64,000 bases of DNA, taken from assembly GCF_902459465.1 (NCBI RefSeq), contig NC_047083.1, positions 744,001-808,000 of the forward strand, in the 5' to 3' direction. The notes under the pieces were generated by a model. The model was not told the DNA's origin, did no database searches, and saw nothing but the letters and a program-made list of their open reading frames with translations. Below are positions 37,415-49,015 of the stretch, one piece after another; within the stretch, counting starts at the first letter, position 1; each line of letters opens with the position of its first letter. The position numbers and the translations under genes were made by a program. Source of the DNA: Asterias rubens (lineage: Eukaryota).

Positions 37415-37537
37415 CTTTTATGTTGAGAGAAAATTTTAGAAGGTTTCTCCCGTCTCCTTCCACAGCTCCACAGAATTCTGTCAAAAACGACCAACTCTGT
37501 TTTGACAGCGTCTTAGATGGCTGTGGAACATCAGAAT
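37415..37537 (-). other. Candidate internal exon (123 nt)
   Basis: Acceptor TTTATTTTTCTCTCTTAG and donor AAG|GTAAAA. One frame is open (SDVPQPSKTLSKQSWSFLTEFCGAVEGDGRNLLKFSLNIK) but no homology was recognised. Confidence 0.4.
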
Positions 37538-38488
37538 CTAAGAGAGAAAAATAAACAGAAGAAAAGATAATAAGAAAATGAAAAATCGATGCTCATCATA
37601 CATATATTTCTCTTTCATACATTTATTTCTCTAATGTGCCAACTTTTTAACACAACAGGGAAACCAACTTGGCCCAAACCAAACAAATGGGACAGAAATG
37701 CATAAAGAGGCTGAGATAGGACATGTTTATATTCACATCCATACACAGCATGCCTTTGAAACTTTGAAATGGAAACTCGTCTAGATCCAATCGATTTAAC
37801 AAAAAGTATTTCTCTGAAGAGTCTCTTACTGTCTTCCAGTAAAAAAATAATGTTTGAGTTCTTGCTTCTCTAAGACTGCCAGGAACTTATCGCCTCGCTG
37901 TGTGACACAGCCTTTACACATCCTTTAAAGTCAAGACTCTCAAATGTTGTACTGTTTCTATTCTTCATGGTTAACAAATCAATTCATTTGTTTTTACCTG
38001 GAAGAGCATTCAGTCCAATTCTCAAATTTCCAAACGAAATGTCATAATTATTCATTTGACATGATGTCATCGACGATGTCACTCATGATGTCTAATGCCT
38101 TTAAACATCAATACCGGATTTCTCCACCAGCATCCAACGTCAAGATGTCGGATTTCCCGAGAAACCTCGCTCAATAGTCGGGCAGCTGCTAGACACAAAA
38201 GCATCGGCAAAACTAAGACCCGTACAGATAAGTCATCTAGGTATAGAATATTGTATGTCCTTGGCTCAATAAACCTCATTATTCATTGGGACACCAATGA
38301 AGGCGAAGTACCAACAGACGTTGTGACAACACACACTATGATTCACCGTGTCTTGTTTGCAGATCGCGATTTAGAGCAAGAGGATAAATGGGTTTTTATT
38401 TATAAATGTTAACCTAAATTTGATAATTTGTATAATTGGTTGAATTTAAAATCTTCCTGATGATCAGAACTAAGAATTAAATATCTAG

Positions 38489-38672
38489 AAGAACCTGCAT
38501 CATGCCTGTATGCTTTGTTTTTGAAAGGGCAAGGGCAACAAGGCTTCTTCTGCTTGGAGGGCACCCTATGAGGAATTAGTAATTTTTACTGTAGCATTTT
38601 CAAGGGCACCAAGGCAATGACCAGGGGGCATGGAGGCAATCACCTCTGATACCTTTAGAAGTATCAGGCCTG
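38489..38672 (+). mobile_element. GGGCACC-rich dispersed repeat (probable MITE, CAGGCCTG end)
   Basis: Shared with 49307-49488, 40245-40360 (-), 21530-21720, 42520-42700, 54440-54620 and 60770-61435. Confidence 0.6.
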
Positions 38673-41600
38673 AATCTGAATCATTTCTATTTTAAGTAGT
38701 GGGTGGTTAGCTGGATTATGACTAGCCCTTGTTTGAAGATGGTTGTGTAGACAAGATGGTGTGCGAGACTGTTCTGTTTGAAACAGCTGAACATTAGAGT
38801 AAATCTACAACTCTCAGATTACTCACTTTACATACATGTAGGTAACGTATACATGTTTAAACTCTACCTGTTCACCAGATATCTGTATCTACCTGGTTTA
38901 TTGTCTTTCTAGAGCCAATGCGTCACTTCTTTGTCAAACAGTGTATGACAAAGAGACGTCAAAGCTCCTCCATCCACTCAATGGGATTATGAAATTAACG
39001 ATAATTTCCTAATATAAAATTAACAGGAAATGTTAATCTGTCGAGCTAAATCCATTGATATCCATTCCTTAAGATGACAAATTGACTCCTTATCCCCTGC
39101 CCTCCCTTCCTCAACTCAATTCATCATGACAGGAAATTAATCGTTCATAGAGTCCTCCTTTACCAGTGAAAGCGGGGGACTGGTTAAACGACGGTCGTGG
39201 ACGTGATTACGTAAATGGGGTTTGGTTTACTCAATAGAAGACAAACATATGTCTTAGGATCGTGCACTCACAATCACTGATAGTCAAAAAGACATTATGT
39301 ATTGTTTAGTTTGCTATTAAGGTTACATATTCTACGGGAATATTTAAGCAAAAATTACAGGCTAAAAATGTGTTGTTTGCATGGATGTGATAGGCTGTGA
39401 AAGCATGCGTGAAAGCATGCGAGCTCAAAAACGTGAGCACGAAGCCCAATATTAACATTTATCTTTGGTTTTATAAGTCCTACTCTACAATCTGGGGCGC
39501 AATTACATGGTTATATCTCCATTGCTTTTAAAGTTTGTTCTTTAAAAAAAATTATGAAAAAAAACCAGAATTTTCTTCTTCTTCTTGAGGCAAAAACAAA
39601 CTGAATTCCGTTTAAAAACAGAGAAATCACATCCCTGTGTTCGAATGACTGGAATTTTCTTCTATTGCTGATCTTAACATATATGCAAATATTCTAGAAC
39701 ATAAGTTGTGCAATAGGTTTTTTAAATATGCAGGTCTGGTTTTGCTATATAAATCATTCACATCTATGCAATTAACTGCCACAAAAATAGATACAATACC
39801 AAATTAATACCCAGGACAATTAATTTTATGACATATTGGCATTCTTCTATAGGTTTTGTCTGACCCATCAACATCATCCATCATTGTTTTGACAGACAGG
39901 TGTAAGTGAATGCATTATATGCCAGCCTGCAATTAGCCTTTTATAAAAATGGTAATTGCGTTGCACTGTCTAGTTTGGGTGGATGTGATCAGATTTACCC
40001 AAACCTACTAGTGTTTTAGTATCGTGTTGTCTGCCATTACTAAAAATGGCTTGTGTGATTATATGGTGTGGTGTGTGATTACATGGTGTGGTGAAGTACA
40101 CAGTCAACCCTCCTACTGTCTGACCATTCAATTATCCACAGTGGTTTTGAATGTTAGCAGTATTATGTGGTAAATGCAGAGCGCTACATAGTTCACTGTC
40201 AACCCTCCCACTGTGTGACCATCCAATATTATCCACAGAACAGGCATGATACTTCACGAAAGCAACATAGGTGATTGCCTCCATGCCCCCTGATCATTGC
40301 CTTGGTGCCCTTGAAATGCTCCAGTAGAAAATTACAATTTCCTCCTAGGGGAAGCATACAGGCCTGACAGGGGTTTGGGATGCACTAGATGACAGCCTAC
40401 AATCAACCGCACCTGGTTCAGGGCCCACTCCTAGAGGCACCTTACGGGTAGCACCACCCAGGAACACCTGGAAGATTTTGAAAAGTGGCCGCCTCAGATA
40501 TAAAGTAGCTTCAGAGAAAACTAGTAGATTGTTCAGCATTTTGGTCACGAATCACTAAATACCAAGAATCGAGTCGGACTCAAAACCCAGACTCGAGCCA
40601 ACAACAACACTACCTTTAAAAAGCGTCCACCTGGTAACAAAAACAACAACAACCTCTATCCCAACCTGCCCTTTAAATCAACCACTTGGTCGTATACAGC
40701 AAGTATCTTCGGGCGCAACGCAGACAGTACCCTAATGGTTTAAGTGCCGCTGTTAGAATTCGCCATGGATCTCGTCAAACGCCGGGGTTGCATGAATTTT
40801 TATCAGCTTAAAAATACACGCCACCGATCGCTGAGCAAAACTCTCCCCTGCTGGGGGGATCTTGTATTTTTATGCCAATAGGAGCTTAAAGGGCAGGTGT
40901 GGCGATGTTAACTGAAGTATACCTTGGGGTTTAATGTTGAGTGGACTTTAAAGGGCAAGTGTTATCGAGAAAATTATGTGCTGAAATCTGAGTGATGGAA
41001 AATTATTAATGACGGAGGAAGCTTAACGGGCAAAATGTTTGTGTGATAACATAAACTCTTTAAAGGGACTGTAAACACGAACCCACTAATTGTTTTAATC
41101 CTATAGTTGTACATTGTAGATGTAGGGCCTGCATGTTTACCATAAAACTGACATGTGAAAATTTCATTTCAAAAGGTGGTTGGATTTTTGAGTCGAAACT
41201 TCGGAGCAAATATGTCCGTGCAGGAAGAATAATCTATTATTGGAATACTCAATCTGAGAAGCGTTACATTCCCTTTAAAGTTCCCCTCAACATTTTATTG
41301 GACATAAAAATTAATATCTTTGTACATAACCACATTATTTCAAGGTGAAATGTTTCTATCGAACGCTGACGTTCGCTTCCAACCAAAAGTTTTTATAAGA
41401 GTGACTACGAAACATACATTGTGTACCTTCCCTTCAAGAAAATAGTCTGAAAATAAAATTTGAAGAAAAAAAGAGAGGACCAATTCATAAACCAGCCCTT
41501 ATCCACGCATACAAAGTGTATATTTATGTATAAAAATGCATGGAACACAACATAAACCCTCTCATTACAAACATTCTTACACAACCAATGCAAAGAAAAA

Positions 41601-42360
41601 TCTGTGCGTTTATAAATTAACCCTAGTCCTAAATTCCCGTACAGTTTTAAAAAATTCATGGGTGAGGAGGGAAGGTTCGTCGTCGATGTATTCTTGTTTG
41701 TACAAGATATACTATGAATAATATAAAACGCAGACAGATGTATTTCAGATCACAGCCAGTGCCTGGGGACATTCAATGTGCGATGAAGCGTGATGTCGAA
41801 CCATAGATTGATGCTCCCTGTCCAACGAAAAAAGAGAATTAATTTCCCCAGGAACATACTAGCATCATTCGCCCCCACTGTGAGACCAATGTTTGTTTTC
41901 TTTAGCGAAAGGATTCATTGTGTTTTTATGGATGCGGTAAGAATCTGAAACTAAAAACTGGAAATTGATTGCTAGTAAAAAAAACAATGGTAGATGGAGA
42001 CGTATCAAACTAATTTGAAATTGTACAGAATGTTTTTGTTTTTTTCACAAAAAATATTTAGTGATAACTGTTTGGTGATAAAATTTTGTAAACCAAATTA
42101 TGCAATACCATTTCTGAAGTGGGTGGAAAACCATTGCAAAAAATTCGTTTACACTTTTGAGGATTGAATAGACATTTACCAGAATACATATTTAAAATGT
42201 GTTATGTCTGTTGGCTGGGGAACTACAAGGACATTTAGGAAAGCTGGGCTGTTGTGGGGACGGTACCACTACCAGCAATTCAAGCCCAGTATAAGTTGAG
42301 GAGGGGACAGGAAATGCCTAGGATAAACAGAAACCCCAAACTATCAAATATTTTCCTAAC

Positions 42361-42509
42361 AATTGGAGACTGTTGAACGCTTAGGTGGCAGCAGACTTAC
42401 CAGGTAATTTTCCATTGTTATCATAGTTCTGAGCATGCGCACATTACCAAGTACAATGGATTTTATCTGGTAAGTCTGCTGCCACCAAGCGTCCCGAAAG
42501 TCCCCTATT
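42361..42509. mobile_element. Palindromic MITE carrying CTCF-like motifs
   Basis: Same family as 10353-10500. Confidence 0.7.
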
Positions 42510-44510
42510 GATAAGACATTCTTTTGGCATATGATCTGGCCTTGAAACTTCGAAAGGGCATGGCCATTTTCATTTTGCAAAGGGCACTTCCATTGCACAA
42601 TCTTAAAGTTAACAGGAAACTTTTGAAGGGGCACAAAGGCAAAGACCAGGGGCAACGGAGGCTAACTGTATGGTCTGCATGTAATTCCAGGCCTGCATAG
42701 TACAGGGTGACATTACCCCTCCCCCATCCCCACGTTTTAAATAAAAGCGATCTGTCGCTGCTGCATGCACCCTTGTAGCAAGGTTTAATAGCAAAGGAAA
42801 GGAAATCAAACTTTGCTGGAAATTTAAAAACTGGGTGTCCTAACTCCAAATTGTTCACTGAAGAACCAGTACATTTAAATGAAAGGGTGTCCACATTGCA
42901 ACCGGGTGTCAAAAAACTACCCAGACAACACTACATTCAAATCAAGCCTTTTTCTCTGCAGGGTCCGTTGCTCCAGGGTTTTGCCAATACCCTTTTTGGA
43001 CAGCTACAGTAAACTCTTCGCTGAAACACGAAATGTCGATATCAATGTCAAGTCTATTGATCCCATCCTCTGGATTTTTTTTTTCAGACGTCTTGATTTA
43101 ATTTTTGCGCCCCAACAGTTTCGTCCTTGAACCCTAAGTATGGGATAGTGTTCTATCAGATCAGTCAGGGGTAGCAGAGTCAATAAAGAGAAAGTATACG
43201 AGTTGGTGAGTGGTTTTCTCTGCACGAATAATTTGCATTTTGTATATTCTAGTTGTGGCACCAAGGACTCTCAGAAAAGTGAACTTGTTCTTAAAATTTT
43301 TGAAGTCAGTCCAATATATTAATTCAAAATATTGAATAATACAAATTGTAGCAGACAAAACTGAACTGCTCCTTTTACCCTCCTTTTCTCAGACTATTAT
43401 AGTCAGGACAAGAAATGAATTCAAAACATTGAGTAATACTAATGTTTGTAGCAGACACAAAATCAACTGCTCTTTTCACCCCCTTATTCCTAGACAACTA
43501 AAACTAAGGGCAAGAAATGAATTCAAAACATCTGCTTTCCTATAAATAGATAAGAGTCATTACGGTCTTTTCTCATGCACACATTCAGCGTCCACCAACG
43601 CAAACCACCACGACCAGAGCCAGCCAGGGCGGTGGGAGCAGAAAACCTTTACAAGACCAGAGCAGACGATGATGGAGACAAAACCTCAGAGAGATTGAGG
43701 AAGAAAAAAAATCCAGTCCATGTGTGAGTTGACGGACATTTTAGTAATCTTTCTAAGAGCATTGCTTCGGAAAAGTCCATTTGTTGTAGAGGTGATAATT
43801 TAATTACACCAGCCTTAGCGTTCTTCGTTTCAGAAGAAGAAGGGGTTGGGGTGTTAGGGGTTTCATGGAATAGCGCTTACAGCCGCACGGAAAAATAAAT
43901 TTATTCCAAATGTACGCTAGGTGTCGGGATGTGTCAGAAATCTAGAGAAATGTAAGACGTATTTATTTTCTCCTCCGGTCGGATCGAGAGTGTATATTGT
44001 TGACTGAGTGAATAAATTTGTTGGTCAGGAGGTAATATTTGCGGGAGTAAGGGTACAGTAAACAAATTCTCAAATTTCAATCGCTCGGATTACTGGGTTT
44101 TGCGTCGGAATTGCTAATTAACTGCGTCTGGTTTCTTTGTAGCATTCTTTTGAGGTTTACGTTTCAAATATATGATCCTTACTTAGGATTTATCAAACAT
44201 GTTTGATGAAAAACAAAATCTCAAGTTAATTATTATGAAATTGGAATCCTAGTGCAAAGTGTCACATAGGTGATAATATTTATTTATTATTTATTGACTA
44301 CTTTAGACATCTTTATACGTGATAAAAAGATCAGCAGAAGATACTTTACACCAGTGTCCCTGTAATCAAAACAAATATATCAAATTAAAACAAAATTAAA
44401 AATACAAAAATAAGAAAAAAATTCTTGTTTGTATATATTTAAAAAATCTTGTTCAAAATTCATTATAGCAGCAGTGTTTTAGAAACCAAGCTATATTTGC
44501 TCTTGTATAG

Positions 44511-44730
44511 GGATGTACCAAATGTAATGGTATGCGTATAGGCATCCTTTTTCGCTGATGACATCATTATTGGTTGCTAGGCAACCAATTTGGCTGAAGG
44601 GTGTAGTCTCAATGCGCATACACACCAATCTTGGAGCAATGCAAAAAGTGAATTGGTTTCTTTTGAGGGAGTGAGATGTCAGAATGTGTCCAAATTCAGC
44701 TTCATTGGCTATGTCTTTAACTACGGCTGC
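44511..44730 (+). pseudogene. Decayed non-LTR reverse transcriptase fragment
   Basis: GMRIGIL[+1 T]FADDIII...NAKSELVSF...NVSKFSFIGYVF resembles the RT YADD, N..K and V..F.YLG motifs; contains a frameshift and stops. Confidence 0.45.
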
Positions 44731-45404
44731 TAGGGCAAGCAATGTTAAAGAATATGACTTGCTGTCTTTCAGGCCACAGCAACTGCCAAAGCCATTAATT
44801 AAGACATGGTCTTTAGCTATAACACTTGGTTGACTTCCATACTTGTTTATCGACTGGCTGAATGCAGTAAATTGCAACAGACAACACTCATTCAATTTTA
44901 CAATCTTTTGCTACAAGTTACTGGTTAATCTGTTACTTTCTGGATGTCAAATTATTGGTTTAGTATTTGTTAAACCTACTTGAAGCAATCCTTTAAAGGT
45001 TGCTTTGGGGCTGTGGCATTACACAGTGCCTTGGTGCTCCTTCAAAAGTTTCCCACAGACTTTCAGACTTTCCAGATTTAATGACAGAGAGTCATGCAAA
45101 GTGAATAAATCAAAACACTTGGAAAACAAAAAAATTTTAAGACACAAAATCCTGCCTTTCCCCCCCGGAAACAAGTGTTTAACCTTCAGAATATTCATTC
45201 CTCAACTTAAATGCACCTGTTATGCATCAATTATTTCTGAGAAAATATTCAACATTTTAATATACAATTGAATTTTTATTTTATTTGGTCTGGAATGAAA
45301 TCTTTGACGAGACAAGGGCATTTTCAATTTACGAAGAGTAATTTTCCTTGCTGATTTATGTTAATTTTTCCCATCATGGTAAACAACACTGGCAAACATG
45401 CTCG

Positions 45405-45596
45405 TTAATGGGAAGGTAGCCCTTTACGTTGGGTAATTAATGGGAAGGTAGCCCTTTACGTTGGGTAATTAATGGGAAGGTAGCCCTTTACGTTGGGTAA
45501 TTAATGGGAAGGTAGCCCTTTACGTTGGGTAATTAATGGGAAGGTAGCCCTTTACGTTGGGTAATTAATGGGAAGGTAGCCCTTTACGTTGGGTAA
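45405..45596. repeat. Perfect minisatellite 6 x 32 bp
   Basis: Unit TTAATGGGAAGGTAGCCCTTTACGTTGGGTAA; all copies identical. Confidence 0.97.
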
Positions 45597-45677
45597 TCAC
45601 TCTTAAAATTAATGGCAATAAAAACCTTTGGTTGGAAGCCTACATCATCATGTACAACAGGGTTAGACAGTATTTAA

Positions 45678-45909
45678 AGGCAGTGGACACGTTTGGTAAT
45701 TACTCAAAATAATTATTAGCATAAAACCTTACTTGGTGACGAGTAATGGGTAGAGGTTGATAGTATAAAACATTCTGAGAAACGGCTCCCTCTGAAGTGA
45801 CGTAGTTTTCGAGAAAGAGGTAATTTTCCATGAATTTTATTTCGAGACCTCAAGGATACGCAGAGTGAGAAGACTGGTCTTTTACAATTAACAATAGTGT
45901 CCAGAGTAT
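45678..45909 (+). mobile_element. Kolobok-type MITE, internally deleted
   Basis: Both ends are present with TTAA flanks; about 150 bp of internal sequence is missing after GAGACCTCAAG. Confidence 0.7.
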
Positions 45910-46967
45910 TTAAATGATTTTAAAGACACATTCTTTGGAGACCGCAGTGAAAAAGAAAGTTATCATGCCTGTATGTGAAAAAAGAAAAAACTTCAATGTG
46001 TAGCATCAAATTAATATTGCCAACACTTTTTTCAACCCCCCCCCCCAAACCTCATCATGTCCAGGAAACAACATGTTATTGTTTGTCCTGGTAATGTTTT
46101 GGCAGTGAGAGCAATTGAGTGTTTTCTACCTTCCCCAAATGAAGGTAGCTTGGAGGTGTGAATTTATTTAGTTATACATGATATCTGTATCATTGGGAAT
46201 TGTTGTCTTTAGCTTTGGGACTTAAATGAAGGGGAATATACCTTTGGTATTTACTCAACAAATAATGACCATACAAATTTACTCGTAAGAAGCACTGCAG
46301 CTGATGCTATGGTATAACATTTTTAAGAAACAATTCCCTTCAAATGATGTGGTTTTAGAGAAAGGGATTTAAAAACATTTCAAGAAAAGAGGAACATTAT
46401 ATACTAAGCACATTTCAGATAACTTAAATAGTACAATACAGACCTACACTTTCTTCAAACTTGTACAATTATTTTACAAGGTTTAATCTTAATTTGTCTG
46501 CTACCATTTTATACAAATTTGCTCAGTGCTTTTCCAAGTACTTCAATGTTTAGATTGTAAATTCAAACACACTACAGCCAGTGTTTGCGTTCTGATAAAG
46601 CCCAGCCTCTACAAATATGAGTTTCTCTTATCAGCAGCTTAGTCTATAATCTTGTTCACAAGCTTATACCTGTCTACATTATTAAAAAAAAACTTATGAA
46701 AAGCTGGGAAGAGATTGGAAGGGATATTGGAAGATAGGGGAAAGCTGTTCATTTGGGGGGGGGGGGGTGACTGCTTCACACCCTGGAGGAATAAATTTAT
46801 GGCCAAGAGGCTCCAAAAGGATGCATGTGGCTCACATTGTATTTATTTGTAAAAGTGGCTGATACATATGTGGGGGCAGTTTGGCAAATGACAATATAAC
46901 TGAGTCTGTGAGGTAAAATGATAAAAGTTATTGTGAACAGTTGAACAAAGCAGTTAAATTAACCGTG

Positions 46968-47087
46968 TGCTGATTTTTATCACACCTTGTCTCAAGTCTC
47001 TTTGTTATTGCTCAAGAGTTTTGGTTTTGCTGATTTTCATCACACCTTGTCTCAAGTCTCTTTGTTATTGCTCAAGAGTTTTGTTTT
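46968..47087. repeat. Tandem duplication 2 x 60 bp
   Basis: TGCTGATTTTYATCACACCTTGTCTCAAGTCTCTTTGTTATTGCTCAAGAGTTTTG occurs twice. Confidence 0.9.
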
Positions 47088-48919
47088 TTTCGCAGACTGA
47101 ACTTTTCGGTTACAGAAAAATTTGCATTTTCCTCCTCAGTCTAGCCTTCTTCATTTATATCTAGTATTTTGCATCTCTTTGGTGTGTAATTTGATTGAAT
47201 TTGCACAGGGAAATAAAATGATAATAATAAATACATTTTTGCCCAGACAGAGTCACCAAGGATCTAATTAATTTCCTAAAAGGAGCTCTAGGCCATGTCT
47301 TCTTTCCTTTCGATGTGTGTTCATAAAAAAGTCCCCAATTGGAGAATGAGTAAAGACATTTTTTAACAGCGGCTTTGGTGTCATCTAATTGTTGGGATTG
47401 TAAAAGCAGGCTGCACAGCTGTAACAAAGTGAGGACAGACAGGGTACCAGACACTGACTCAGTGGCGACGTGAGGATTGGGAACGAGTCTGTAATAGGGC
47501 TAAGGATTCTCAGGGAAGAAGATGAGAAACATCTTCAAGGTGTAAGGAAGGGTCAAGCTCTGAGTGGCAGTTTGCTGACAGCTACCAATCTCTTATGAGG
47601 CTTTCAACAGTATCTCACGTCGACGGCGCCTTGTAAAGCGCATAATTTTATGAGACGTACATTGTAAGCGCGGAATTCTGCATGCATGGGCCCTGCAGTG
47701 GATTTCACAATGAGTTAGGACTAGTCTTATGTCGGGTTAGGACAAGTTACTTGTCCTAAATTAGGACAAGCCATGAGTTTTTCATATCTCCAAGGACTTG
47801 TCCCAAGTTAGGACTAGTCCCAACTCTTTGTGAAATCGACCCCTGGTCTTTTTGGTACTCCTAAAATGTTATTTTGTCTGAAAAGAGGCTGTGTCGCAGG
47901 ACGTCTGTGGACGAGCATTGATTGAAGTATAGGATGTCCTAAGCAACACCCTAAGCAATAAGGCATAGGCGCCATGAGAGGGCAAGGCCATTTTTTTTTT
48001 ACAAAGGTCACTTTAATAGCCTATAGGCTATTGCAATATTCTTGAAGTGAATGGGGAAAGCTTTGATTTGAATGGGCATCAAGGCCAAGACCACGGGCAA
48101 CAGAGACCAGGCCTCCATGTACTTTGATGATTGCAGCCATTATCAGGGAAAAGTTGCATAAATTCCTTCAAAAAATTACAAGCAAAAAATACTTTTTGGA
48201 AAATTGAAGACCTCTGTTCAATGAAATGGTATACTCAAGCTTGAGTATACTACACCCTCGTACTCCGTCTTGTCATGTCACAGGGTCCCACCCACAAACC
48301 ACTTGTATTGTATTCCACTTCAGAAAGACAATCAATCAACACAAAGTCCCTCTCAATGAAACAACACCCTGCAACCCTATTGTCAAGGTGGAATAACCCC
48401 GCTATATCAATGTCAGGTCAAGGGTCAAATCAATTAGTCAACAATTTACAACCTGTGGTCAAAATGTCACTGGTAGATAACATATTTTAGGGCAAGGTGT
48501 TACTGCAATTGTTTTTTTGCTGCAATGTGATCTAGAAATCCAAGACTAAAAATGCTTTGGGCCGAATTGGCCGGTGTCTTGAAGTTTGGATTTGTTTAGG
48601 AACAGGCATGGGGGATAAAGTTGAATGAGATGATTCAGCAGGTATCCTGCTGATGGATTTTGTTAAATGGTTTTTTTTATCACACATTGTCCATAACATT
48701 ATCTCTCAGACAGAGAAGCACTTTTCACACAACAGCAATTTAGCAAAAGTCCCTTGTTTAATTTTAACAAGGTTGTGAACTTAAATTAATTGCACTTCAT
48801 GTGAAAGGTCAACACTGTAAACTTACTGTATAGGTCCTCAATGAAACCTTCTCAAACATCGCCCAATTTTGTAGCAAGACACTTTTTCTTCTTGAGAAAA
48901 CAGAATAAAAGCTGATGCA

Positions 48920-49015
48920 AACTTCTTACCTACCAACAACAAAACCTATGGTATAAATGCAAAAAATAGTTCAACAGCCTGACATTTCAACCCTAGCAGA
49001 GTCTTTCTTGAAGGC
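48920..49015 (-). mobile_element. Second Penelope-like end family (hammerhead-variant remnant)
   Basis: The minus strand reads GCCT-TCAAGAA-A-GACTCT-GCT-AGGGTT-GAAAT-GTC-AGGC. Confidence 0.45.

Noticed and set aside
42356-42912. Overlapping 66-135 aa ORFs (also 49251-49589, 54154-54546)
   Set aside because: They lie over the GGGCACC repeat, MITEs or low-complexity AT-rich sequence, with no recognisable domain.
44491-44895. 134-aa minus-strand ORF with CCG and GC, as a fourth tetraspanin
   Set aside because: It has no PxSCC, no TM layout and no splice framework; it is better explained as a shadow ORF opposite a decayed RT.
45405-45596. CRISPR-like 32-bp repeats
   Set aside because: Head-to-tail with no spacers; derived from a transposon end.
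47455-47525. Tc1-like WRREDWERV peptide
   Set aside because: The required SDE motif does not follow, a stop comes soon after, and there are no TIRs.
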